Assembly (NCBI GenBank): GCA_019449455.1
Contig: JAGRPO010000088.1
Span: 459 to 64,458, forward strand
Length of the DNA stretch: 64,000 nt
Source of the DNA: Betaproteobacteria bacterium
Lineage (GTDB): Bacteria; Pseudomonadota; Gammaproteobacteria; Burkholderiales; Usitatibacteraceae
Reading direction: 5' to 3'
Under the pieces are notes generated by a model. It saw nothing but the letters and a program-made list of their open reading frames with translations, was not told where the DNA came from and did no database searches. The stretch's first letter is position 1. Each line of letters opens with the position of its first letter. This document shows positions 17,093 to 24,683 of this stretch, in pieces. A program made the position numbers and the translations under genes.

Positions 17093-18262
17093 ATGAAGCT
17101 CACGCGACGCAGCGCCGTCACCGCCACGGCAGCCGCCCTGGTGGCGGGACTCGGCATCGGCCAGGCCGTTCTCCAGAACAAGGCGGATGCCCAGGGGCGC
17201 ACCGTGGAGGCGCCGAAATTCGAGGTCGACCCGCTCTGGCCCAAGCCGCTGCCCAACCACTGGGTGCTCGGCATGGCGATCGGCATCTGGGTCGACGACC
17301 AGGATCACGTCTGGATCGTCCACCGGGGCGCGGCGACCCTGCACAACAACGAGCGGGCGCTGGAGCTGAAGGTGGGCGAGTGCTGCGCGGCCGCCCCGCC
17401 CGTGCTGGTCTTCGACCCCGCGGGCAACCTCGTGCGTTCCTGGGGCGGGCCGGGCCAGGGCTACGAGTGGCCGGAGTCGAACCACGGCGTGCACGTCGAC
17501 TACAAGGGCAACGTCTGGATCGGCGGCAACGGGCCCAGGGACGCGCACATCCTGAAGTTCACCAAGGACGGCAAGTTCCTCATGCAGCTGGGCAGACTCG
17601 GCGGCAACAAGGGCAGCAACGACCCCGACAACTTCGGGCGCGTGGCCAAGATCTGGGTGGACCCGAAGACGAACGAGGCCTACGTCGCGGACGGCTACAG
17701 GAACAAGCGCGTGGCGGTGCTCGATGCCGACACGGGCAGGATGAAGCGCTACTGGGGCGCCTACGGCAACAAGCCCGACGACGCGGACCTCGGCAAGTAC
17801 GATCCCGGCGCGCCCCTGCCGAAGCAATTCCGCAATCCCGTGCACTGCGTCGAGCGCGCGAACGACGGCCTGGTCTACGTGTGCGACCGCCAGGCCGACC
17901 GCATCCAGGTGTTCAAGCCGGACGGCAGCTTCGTGAAGGAGGCGCAGTTCGCGAAGAACACGCTGGGCTCGGGCTCGACGTGGGATCTCGCTTTCTCGAA
18001 GGACGCGCAGCAGAAGTACCTCTACATCGCCGACGGGACCAACGAGGTCGTTCGCGTCGTCGTGCGGGAAACGCTGCGGGAGGTCACGAACTTCGGCGAC
18101 GGCGGCAGGCAGCCGGGGCAGTTCTACGGCGTGCACAGCATCGCCACGGACTCGAAGGGCAACATCTACACGACGGAAACCTACGAGGGCAAGCGCCTGC
18201 AGAAGTTCGTGCTCAAGGGCATGGCGCAGGTCGCCGCCGGCAACCAGGGCACCGTCTGGTAG
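17093..18262 (+). CDS. Tat-exported NHL-repeat beta-propeller protein
   Basis: ATG at 17093 follows GGAGGAAAA. Tat signal MKLTRRSAVTATAAALVAGLG. It contains repeated NHL-like blades (e.g. GQFYGVHSIATDSKGNIYTTE). Confidence 0.8.
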   Translation: MKLTRRSAVTATAAALVAGLGIGQAVLQNKADAQGRTVEAPKFEVDPLWPKPLPNHWVLGMAIGIWVDDQDHVWIVHRGAATLHNNERALELKVGECCAAAPPVLVFDPAGNLVRSWGGPGQGYEWPESNHGVHVDYKGNVWIGGNGPRDAHILKFTKDGKFLMQLGRLGGNKGSNDPDNFGRVAKIWVDPKTNEAYVADGYRNKRVAVLDADTGRMKRYWGAYGNKPDDADLGKYDPGAPLPKQFRNPVHCVERANDGLVYVCDRQADRIQVFKPDGSFVKEAQFAKNTLGSGSTWDLAFSKDAQQKYLYIADGTNEVVRVVVRETLREVTNFGDGGRQPGQFYGVHSIATDSKGNIYTTETYEGKRLQKFVLKGMAQVAAGNQGTVW

Positions 18263-18263
18263 T

Positions 18264-18300
18264 GGGGACGGTTCCCAGGAACCGTCCCCTTTTCGCTTTT
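18264..18300. terminator. Bidirectional intrinsic terminator / REP-like hairpin
   Basis: GGGGACGGTTCC-CAGG-AACCGTCCCC followed by TTTTCGCTTTT, between convergent genes. It shares the core GGGACGGTTCC with the 54053-54142 array. Confidence 0.75.
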
Positions 18301-18608
18301 CAGCCGGTGCTCCAGGCGCGCGGGCGCTTCATGCCCGCGATCTTGCAGGCCTGGCCGGGGTAGCCGTAGGGGAAGAGCTCGAAGAGGCGGTTGCGGGCGC
18401 CGGGGCCGAGGCGTTCCATGAGGTGCCAGATGACGAACCTCGCATCCGCGGTGATCTGGTGCTCCTCCCAGTAGCCGCGCATGAACCGGATCGCGTCCCA
18501 GTGGTCCGGTCCCAGTTCGATGCCTTCCTTGCGCGCAAGCGCCACCGCGACGTTCTCGGACCATTGGCTCGGGTCGACGAGATAGCCGTCGGCATCCAGA
18601 ACAGGCAT
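18300..18608 (-). CDS. DsrC/TusE family protein (atypical C-terminal arm)
   Basis: ATG at 18608 follows GGAAGG. MPVLDADGYLVDPSQWSE...HWDAIRFMRGYW...LFELFPYGYPGQACKIAGMKRPRAWSTG. Confidence 0.8.
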   Translation of the reverse strand: MPVLDADGYLVDPSQWSENVAVALARKEGIELGPDHWDAIRFMRGYWEEHQITADARFVIWHLMERLGPGARNRLFELFPYGYPGQACKIAGMKRPRAWSTG

Positions 18609-18723
18609 GTTGGATACACCTTCCATGGGCCAAATGGTAACGGATCGGGTTACTTCGTCAACCCCCCCCATCCGGGTTACCCCGGGAGGATTGGGCGAGG
18701 CCGGGCCCGGGGGGCGGGATGGG

Positions 18724-19857
18724 TCAGCCCAGCGGGTCCTCGCGGAACTTTTCCTGGATGCGCTCGATCTCGTCGCGCTGCCCGGCGAGGCCCTTCACGC
18801 ATTCCGCGTCGAGGTGCGTGCCCGCGAGCTGGTCGAGGATGGCGAAGGCCACGTCGTTCGTGTACGCGTCCTTGTAGGGGCGCTTGCTGGTGAGGGCGTC
18901 GAAGACGTCCGCCACCGCGACGATCCGCGCCTCCAGCGGGATGGCGTCGCCCGCGAGGCCGTAGGGATAGCCCCGGCCGTCGACGCGCTCGTGGTGCAGG
19001 AGGGCGATGTTCCTCACCACCTCGATGTCCGCGAGGGAGCCCAGCCCGAAATTGGTCAGCAGCTCGTCGATGATCGCCTGCCCGCGATTGGCGTGCGTGC
19101 GCATCACGTCCATCTCCTTGTCGGTGAGGCTGTCCGGCTTGAGCAGGATCGCGTCGGGGATGCCGATCTTCCCGATGTCGTGCAGCGGGGCGTAGGCCTG
19201 GATGCGCTCGATGTACTCGTCGTCGAGGTCGTGCCGCTCGGCGAGCGCGCGGGCGACGAGGCGGGCGTAGCGCGACATCCGGTCGAGATGGCTGCCCGTC
19301 TCGGTATCGCGGGCGTTCACGATGTGCCGCGCGCTCTCGAGGGCGGCCGAGAGGGTCCGCACCGCGGCGAGCTCCTGGACCACCAGCAGCGACACCAGGT
19401 GGCCGAAGATGTCGAGCTGCGCGAGGGCGGTCTCGGTGAACACGTCGGGCTCGCGGGAATTGAAGAACACGAACCCCAGGAACGCGCCGTTCGAGAAGAT
19501 GGGCATCGTGTAGCTCGCCGCGAAGCCGGAGCGGCCCAGGCGCCTCGAATGCTCGCTCTCCGCGCCCTCGAACGTGAGCATGTGCTGGATGACGCGCGGG
19601 TGCTTCTCCTCCAGGAGCCTGGCGAGCGACGGCACTTCGCCGAGCGGCGCCTGGTAATGGGGCAGGGGATCGTCGCCGTCGCTCGAGTGGACGAAGGTCT
19701 TGAGGAACGTGGTCTTCGGGTCGTAGATCGCGACCGCGATGCGGGCCACGAACGGCATGAAGGTGCGCACCGCCCAGTGGATCTCGCGGATCCGGGCGCG
19801 CAGCGACCCTTCGCCGTTGAGTGCCTGCAGCGCGTCGTGGTGTTCCGTTTCGGTCAT
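18724..19857 (-). CDS. GAF-like sensor / HD-GYP domain c-di-GMP phosphodiesterase
   Basis: ATG at 19857 overlaps the upstream stop (ATGA). Motifs: YAPLHDIGKIGIP (HD) and HHERVDGRGYPYGL (GYP). Confidence 0.88.
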   Translation of the reverse strand: MTETEHHDALQALNGEGSLRARIREIHWAVRTFMPFVARIAVAIYDPKTTFLKTFVHSSDGDDPLPHYQAPLGEVPSLARLLEEKHPRVIQHMLTFEGAESEHSRRLGRSGFAASYTMPIFSNGAFLGFVFFNSREPDVFTETALAQLDIFGHLVSLLVVQELAAVRTLSAALESARHIVNARDTETGSHLDRMSRYARLVARALAERHDLDDEYIERIQAYAPLHDIGKIGIPDAILLKPDSLTDKEMDVMRTHANRGQAIIDELLTNFGLGSLADIEVVRNIALLHHERVDGRGYPYGLAGDAIPLEARIVAVADVFDALTSKRPYKDAYTNDVAFAILDQLAGTHLDAECVKGLAGQRDEIERIQEKFREDPLG

Positions 19858-20507
19858 GTCGCCTTCGCGCGCGGCGGCGAGGGGGTGGGCTTGATCCCGA
19901 GCTTGTCGGCCGCCCGCACGAGGTCGGCCACCGATCGCACCGACATCTTCTCCATGATGCGGCCGCGGTGCACCTTGACCGTCTTTTCGGTGGTGCCGAT
20001 CTCGGCGGCGATCACCTTGTTGCGCTTGCCGGCGATCACGTGGGTGAGCACCTCGCGTTCGCGCGGCGTGAGCTCGCCGTATCGAAGCGCGATCTCGCGC
20101 TTGGTGACCTTGTCGCTGGAGGCGGCGCGCGCGCGCGCGATGGCGCGCGTGAGAGCGGCGAGCAGTGTGGCGGCCTCGACGGGCTTGAGCAGGAAGTCGA
20201 CGGCGCCGCGCTTCATCGAGGTGACCGCTCCCGGCACGTCGCCGTGCCCGGTGAGGAAGACCACGGCGATCTCCGGCCGCAGGGCCTGCAGGCGGGCATG
20301 CAGCTCGAGGCCGCTCTTGCCCGGGAGCCCGATGTCGAGCAGCGCGCACGACGGCCCCGTGATGCCCGGCAGGAACTCGAGGAACTCCTCCGCGGTGGCG
20401 AAGGCCTGCGGGTCGGCGCCCTCGGCGCGCAGCAGGCGCGTGATCGACGTGCGCACCGACGGGTCGTCGTCGATGATGAACAGGCTCACGCCCTCGGCGG
20501 CGATCAT
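19854..20507 (-). CDS. FixJ/LuxR-type response regulator
   Basis: ORF 19854..20507. REC domain (LFIIDDDPS...ALLDIGLPG...K) plus LuxR HTH (LTPREREVLTHVIAGKRNKVIAAEIGTTEKTVKVHR). ATGA overlap with the kinase gene. Confidence 0.92.
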   Translation of the reverse strand: MIAAEGVSLFIIDDDPSVRTSITRLLRAEGADPQAFATAEEFLEFLPGITGPSCALLDIGLPGKSGLELHARLQALRPEIAVVFLTGHGDVPGAVTSMKRGAVDFLLKPVEAATLLAALTRAIARARAASSDKVTKREIALRYGELTPREREVLTHVIAGKRNKVIAAEIGTTEKTVKVHRGRIMEKMSVRSVADLVRAADKLGIKPTPSPPRAKAT

Positions 20508-21673
20508 TTGGGGTCTTCTCCCGGCAGGTGGATGGTGAAGGTGAGGCCGCGGCCGGCATTGCGCTCCAGCTCGAGCCGCCCGCCGTGAGCTTCCACCAGC
20601 GAGCGCGTGACGAGGAGCCCCAGGCCGGTGCCGCGTGCCTTGGTCGTGTGGAATGTCCGCGTCATGCGGGCGAGGACTTCGTTGTCGGCGCCCGGGCCGC
20701 TGTCGGTCACGCGCACGCGCACGCCCCCGTCCTCGGGCTCGACCGCGACCACGAGCGCGCGCTCGACGCCGGCGGGGTTGCCTTCCATCGCCTCGATGGC
20801 GTTCACCACGAGGTTCAGGAGCGCCTGGTAGAGCTGGACGGGATCGGCCATCACGCGGCCCAGCGTCTTGCGCGCCAGGAGCTGCGTCCTGACGCCGGCG
20901 TGACGCAGGTGCGTGCGCGTGAAGTCGAGGACCTCGGAGGCGATGCGGGCCGCGTCCACGGCCTCCGCGGCCGCCGGCTGCTTGCGCACGAGGCGGTGCG
21001 CGCGAAGGATGATCTCGCCGGCGCGCCGCGCGTCGCCCGCGATCGCCTCCAGGGCTTCGCGGACCTCGGCCGCGTTGCCCGAGTCGAGAAAACGCAGCGC
21101 GGCCTCGGCGTTGGCGGTGATGGCCGCGAGCGGCTGGTTCACCTCGTGGGCCAGGGAGGCGCCGAGGGCCGCCACCGTGCGCACCCGCGAGGCATGGGCG
21201 ACCGTGTCCTGGAGGTCGTGCTCGCGCTCGCGGGTGAGGTGCAGCTCGGTCACGTCGGACTGCGTGCCCACGTGGTGCGTGACCTTTCCCGTCGCGTCCC
21301 GGATGGGCGCGATGCGCAGGAAGTTCCAGAACGGCGTGCCGTCCTTGCGGTAGTTGAGGATCTCGCCCTGGAAGACCTTTCCCTGCTGCAGCGCGATGGC
21401 CATCTGCTTGACGGTCTCGGGGTCGGTCCCGGGGCCTTGCACCATGCGGCAGTTGGTGCCCAGGATCTCGTCGGCGGTGTAGCCCACCAGCCGCTCGAAC
21501 GACGGGCTCACGTAGACGATGGGCGCGTCCGGCGTCGAGGCGTCCGAGATGACGATGCCGTCGTCGGCCACGTCGAGCGCGGCGGCCTTGAGCCAGGTGG
21601 CGACCTCGGGAGGGAGCGCCTTTGCCGCGACCCGGGAGGCGCGCTTCGGCACGGTCGGCTTGCGGGCGGCCAT
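20504..21673 (-). CDS. LOV-domain sensor histidine kinase (FixL-like transmitter)
   Basis: ORF 20504..21673. LOV core DGIVISDASTPDAPIVYVSPSFERLVGYTADEILGTNCRMVQGPGTDPETV...GEILNYRKDGTPFWNFLRIAPIRD...GTQSDVTE. H-box LAHEVNQPLAAI. C-terminal HATPase_c (GTGLGL). Confidence 0.88.
   Translation of the reverse strand: MAARKPTVPKRASRVAAKALPPEVATWLKAAALDVADDGIVISDASTPDAPIVYVSPSFERLVGYTADEILGTNCRMVQGPGTDPETVKQMAIALQQGKVFQGEILNYRKDGTPFWNFLRIAPIRDATGKVTHHVGTQSDVTELHLTREREHDLQDTVAHASRVRTVAALGASLAHEVNQPLAAITANAEAALRFLDSGNAAEVREALEAIAGDARRAGEIILRAHRLVRKQPAAAEAVDAARIASEVLDFTRTHLRHAGVRTQLLARKTLGRVMADPVQLYQALLNLVVNAIEAMEGNPAGVERALVVAVEPEDGGVRVRVTDSGPGADNEVLARMTRTFHTTKARGTGLGLLVTRSLVEAHGGRLELERNAGRGLTFTIHLPGEDPK
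21254..21574 (-). other. LOV (light-oxygen-voltage) PAS subdomain of the kinase; adduct-forming Cys codon at 21449-21451
   Basis: GTNCRMVQG corresponds to the canonical GxNCRFLQG. The reverse complement of 21441-21460 reads GGC ACC AAC TGC CGC ATG GT. Confidence 0.8.
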
Positions 21674-21684
21674 CGGTCGCGCGC

Positions 21685-22398
21685 CTAGCCGGTGTACGTG
21701 CGCAGGCGCTCGATGTCGGGCACCGACACCGAACGGCCTTCCATCACGATGAGGCCGGCGTCGGCCAGCTCGTGGAGGATGCGCGAGAAGTACTCCGGCG
21801 TGAGGTTCAGCCGCGAGGCCACGATCATCTTGTTGGCGGGAAGCGTCACGCTCGCCGAGCGGGCGGAGCCGTCGGAAAGCGTGTCGTCGCGCAGCAGGTA
21901 GCCGATCACGCGCTCCAGGCCCGAGCGCAGCGAATACGCCTCCACGTCACGGATGAGCTGGTGAAGCTTCCTCGACATGCCGGCCAGCAGCCGGCGGGCG
22001 AAGCGCGGGTCGCGCTCGATCTCGTCGAGGACCATGCTCTTCGAGACGTGCAGCAGCAGCGAATCCTTCAGCGTCTGCGCGGAGATGACGTAGGGCATGT
22101 CCATGAAGAGGATCGCCTCCCCGAACGAGATGCCGGGGCCCATGATCTCGATCACCTTCTCCGAGCCCTGCGGCGAGGTGACGAAGAGCTTCACCTGCCC
22201 GTAGAGGACGACGTGGAATCCCTCGCAGCGGTCGCCGCGCGAGAAGAGAGTCTCGCCCTTCATCGCGTAGATGCGGCGCGTGCCGCCCGCTATGCGCGCG
22301 ATCTCCTCGGGCGTCAGGTCGCTGAACAGCGGGAGGTTCACCAGGAACTGCTCGACCGGGATGTCCGGCCCGCGCGCGCGCGGCTCTCCGGTTTGCAT
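21685..22398 (-). CDS. Crp/Fnr family regulator, Dnr/NnrR-like (no Fe-S Cys motif)
   Basis: ORF 21685..22398. LPLFSDLTPEEIARIAGG...GISFGEAILF... is the effector barrel. The HTH is IVASRLNLTPEYFSRILHEL. It lies 11 nt upstream of the LOV kinase start and 51 nt downstream of the respiratory operon. Confidence 0.88.
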   Translation of the reverse strand: MQTGEPRARGPDIPVEQFLVNLPLFSDLTPEEIARIAGGTRRIYAMKGETLFSRGDRCEGFHVVLYGQVKLFVTSPQGSEKVIEIMGPGISFGEAILFMDMPYVISAQTLKDSLLLHVSKSMVLDEIERDPRFARRLLAGMSRKLHQLIRDVEAYSLRSGLERVIGYLLRDDTLSDGSARSASVTLPANKMIVASRLNLTPEYFSRILHELADAGLIVMEGRSVSVPDIERLRTYTG

Positions 22399-22449
22399 GA
22401 CGGTAGGGGCACTGGGCGTTGTGAGGGCCCATGATACCCCGGCCGGCGC

Positions 22450-23265
22450 TCACGACCCGACGGAAACGCGCCCGGGAAGGCCCGGGTCGGGCCGGGGGGC
22501 GGCCCGCGAGGAGAGCGCGGCGGCGATGGCCGCGCACAGCGCCGCCGAGGAAAGCAGGTTGTGCAGCCAGCGCGCCAGCGGCCAGCCGGAAGCGGCGACG
22601 GCGGCGAGGACCTGCGCCGCGATGAGCGCGACCGCCAGGCGGGCGGCGAGGCGCGCGCCCGGCGGCGGGGAGGCGCTGAACGCCAGCAGAGCCCATCCGG
22701 CGAGGCTCGCCCACGCGAGCGCGCGGTGGACGAGGGCGAGCGACGAGGGATCGGACGGCGGCGCGGTGGCGAGCACGCCGCCCGTCACCGTGGCGAGGGC
22801 GACGAGCGCGCTTGCCGCGACGAAGGGCGTCGCGAGGCGGCCGCGGGGGGCAAGCGCGGCGACCGCGAGGCCGGCCGACAAGGCGAGGAGGGTGAGGCCT
22901 CCGAGCAGGTTGGCGAGCATCACCGCGGGAGGCGCGGCGCCCGCCGAGCGCCGGCCGATGACCGCGAGCACCGCCACCAGCACGAGGACGGCGGCGGCCG
23001 CCACGCGGCGGCCGGGGCGCGCGGGGGCCTTCCACGCGACGGCGGCGATGAGGAGCGCGAGGACGGTCACGCCCATCGCCGCGACGCGATGGGCGAGCCG
23101 CACGGCATCGGAGAGCCCGAAACCGGTGCAGCCGCCGGCGGGGCAGGGCGCGGCCGCCAGCCGCAGCCAGGCGCTGGAGGCGACGACGACGAAGACGAGG
23201 GCGGCGCACGCCGCGGCCGACGCGACGAGCGCGCGGTCGTCCCGCGCGAGGCCGGGCAGGCTCAC
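22450..23265 (-). CDS. Polytopic membrane protein, weakly COX15/CtaA-like
   Basis: GTG at 23265 overlaps the upstream stop (GTGA). CPAGGC in the first loop, and AHRVAAMG / VHRALAWA helix motifs that recall the HR motifs of haem A synthase halves. Confidence 0.5.
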   Translation of the reverse strand: MSLPGLARDDRALVASAAACAALVFVVVASSAWLRLAAAPCPAGGCTGFGLSDAVRLAHRVAAMGVTVLALLIAAVAWKAPARPGRRVAAAAVLVLVAVLAVIGRRSAGAAPPAVMLANLLGGLTLLALSAGLAVAALAPRGRLATPFVAASALVALATVTGGVLATAPPSDPSSLALVHRALAWASLAGWALLAFSASPPPGARLAARLAVALIAAQVLAAVAASGWPLARWLHNLLSSAALCAAIAAALSSRAAPRPDPGLPGRVSVGS

Positions 23266-24683
23266 CGGACCCCGGCCGGGGCCCGCTGCCGGAGCGCGCC
23301 GATCACGACGATCACGAACGCGAGGCCGCCCAGGATGGCGACGAGGCCGCCCAGGCCCATCAGCGCCATGCCGGCCACCTCCTGGGACGTGCGCAGGACC
23401 TGCGCGGCGCCCGCCACCTTGCGCTCCACGCCGTAGCCGCCGGACCAGACCAGGCCCACGATGTGCGCGAGCTGCCCGCCGCCGTAGAGCCACGGCTGCC
23501 ACGCCGCCAGGCGGGACCGCGGCGCCGCGAAGCCCAGCTGCGGCAGCAGGTGGTAGGCGAGGCCCATGAAGGCGAGCGTCACGCCGACGATGCAGCCGTG
23601 GTAGTGCGCGGGGATCTTCACGTTGGGGCCGCTGATCGCGAACCCGATGAGGCCGCCGGCCGCGAAGAGCCCGATCGAGGCGGCGAGCGCGCCGAATATC
23701 GGGCGGCTGCGCCCGTCGAGCGCCGGCAGCCCGCGCATGGCCCAGAGCAACGCGAGCAGCACGGGCGGGATGGCGAGCCCGCCGCCGAATCGCATGAGCC
23801 ACGTCTGCAGCTTGTGGTGCTCGACCGACGCCACGGGGTGCGCGATGTAGATGGCAGGCGTCACGAGCACCGAGGCGAACGCGATGGTGAAGACGAGCAG
23901 CGTCACGCGCGGCGAGAGCGCCAGGCGCAGGCCCAGCGCCGAGGCGAGCCACAGCCAGCCCCCGAGCATGAGGAGCGTCCACGTGAACTGCAGCACGTGA
24001 CCGCCGCCCCAGAACAGCAGCTCGTAGTAGGCCTTGCGCTCGAGGTGCGGGGAGACGTCGAGGTACGACCAGCCGAACGCGGCCAGCGCGACGGCGGTCG
24101 CGGCCGCCGATCCCACGATGCCCCAGCGCAGCGCGGCCTCCCCGTCGAGGACGGATCCGGAGGACCGTGCCGCCCAGAACGTGCGTGCCACGGCGGCTGC
24201 CACGCCCGCGCCGATCGCGCCGAGCCCGCCGAGGAATACGGCGTTGTCGATGACCGGGATGTAATTGGCGAGCACCGGGACCGCGTGCCCCGCGAGAGGG
24301 GCGACGCACAGGGCGAGTGTCCCGGCCGCGCACAACGCGAGCGATGTCCAGCCCAGGGCGATGGCGCGCGAATCGCAGGCGAGGCTCCAGAGGACGCCGG
24401 CGAAGGCGAGGAACCACACCAGCACCGAGAGGTCGACGTGCGCGACGAGCGCCACCTGGAAGAAGTCCGCGACGGGAAACACCTCCTTCAGTCCGGGCGT
24501 GCGCGCGAGCACCAGCAGCAGCGAGAAGATGCCGGAGCCGACGAGGGCGGCGATGCCGAGCACCAGCCAGCCCGTGGCGAGCCGCGCGGAGGCGTCGCGC
24601 GCCACCGTGATCCCGTAGGCCGTGCCCCGGCCGGAACCCGCGGAGGATGCAGTGGGGAGATGAAGGGAGGGCAGGCTAGCCAT
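23262..24683 (-). CDS. Orphan haem-copper oxidase superfamily catalytic-subunit homologue (473 aa)
   Basis: ORF 23262..24683, 12-TM pattern. All six canonical His are present: LVAHVDL (helix II), LFWGGGHVLQF (helix VI), SVEHHKLQ (helix VII), IPAHYHGCIVG (helix X). There is no Tyr at His+4. The start overlaps the upstream gene by 8 nt. Confidence 0.8.
   Translation of the reverse strand: MASLPSLHLPTASSAGSGRGTAYGITVARDASARLATGWLVLGIAALVGSGIFSLLLVLARTPGLKEVFPVADFFQVALVAHVDLSVLVWFLAFAGVLWSLACDSRAIALGWTSLALCAAGTLALCVAPLAGHAVPVLANYIPVIDNAVFLGGLGAIGAGVAAAVARTFWAARSSGSVLDGEAALRWGIVGSAAATAVALAAFGWSYLDVSPHLERKAYYELLFWGGGHVLQFTWTLLMLGGWLWLASALGLRLALSPRVTLLVFTIAFASVLVTPAIYIAHPVASVEHHKLQTWLMRFGGGLAIPPVLLALLWAMRGLPALDGRSRPIFGALAASIGLFAAGGLIGFAISGPNVKIPAHYHGCIVGVTLAFMGLAYHLLPQLGFAAPRSRLAAWQPWLYGGGQLAHIVGLVWSGGYGVERKVAGAAQVLRTSQEVAGMALMGLGGLVAILGGLAFVIVVIGALRQRAPAGVR

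Noticed and set aside
18300-18671. Annotating the 123-aa ORF as functional DsrC or TusE sulfur carrier
   Set aside because: The penultimate-position Cys that carries the persulfide is absent (Trp in its place). The longer N-terminal extension lacks an RBS, whereas the ATG at 18608 has one.
21685-22398. Calling the Crp/Fnr paralogues (also 10081..10782) bona fide O2-sensing FNR
   Set aside because: Neither has the N-terminal Cys-x2-Cys-x5-Cys cluster plus central Cys needed for the [4Fe-4S] sensor. They are annotated only as Crp/Fnr family (Dnr/NnrR-like).
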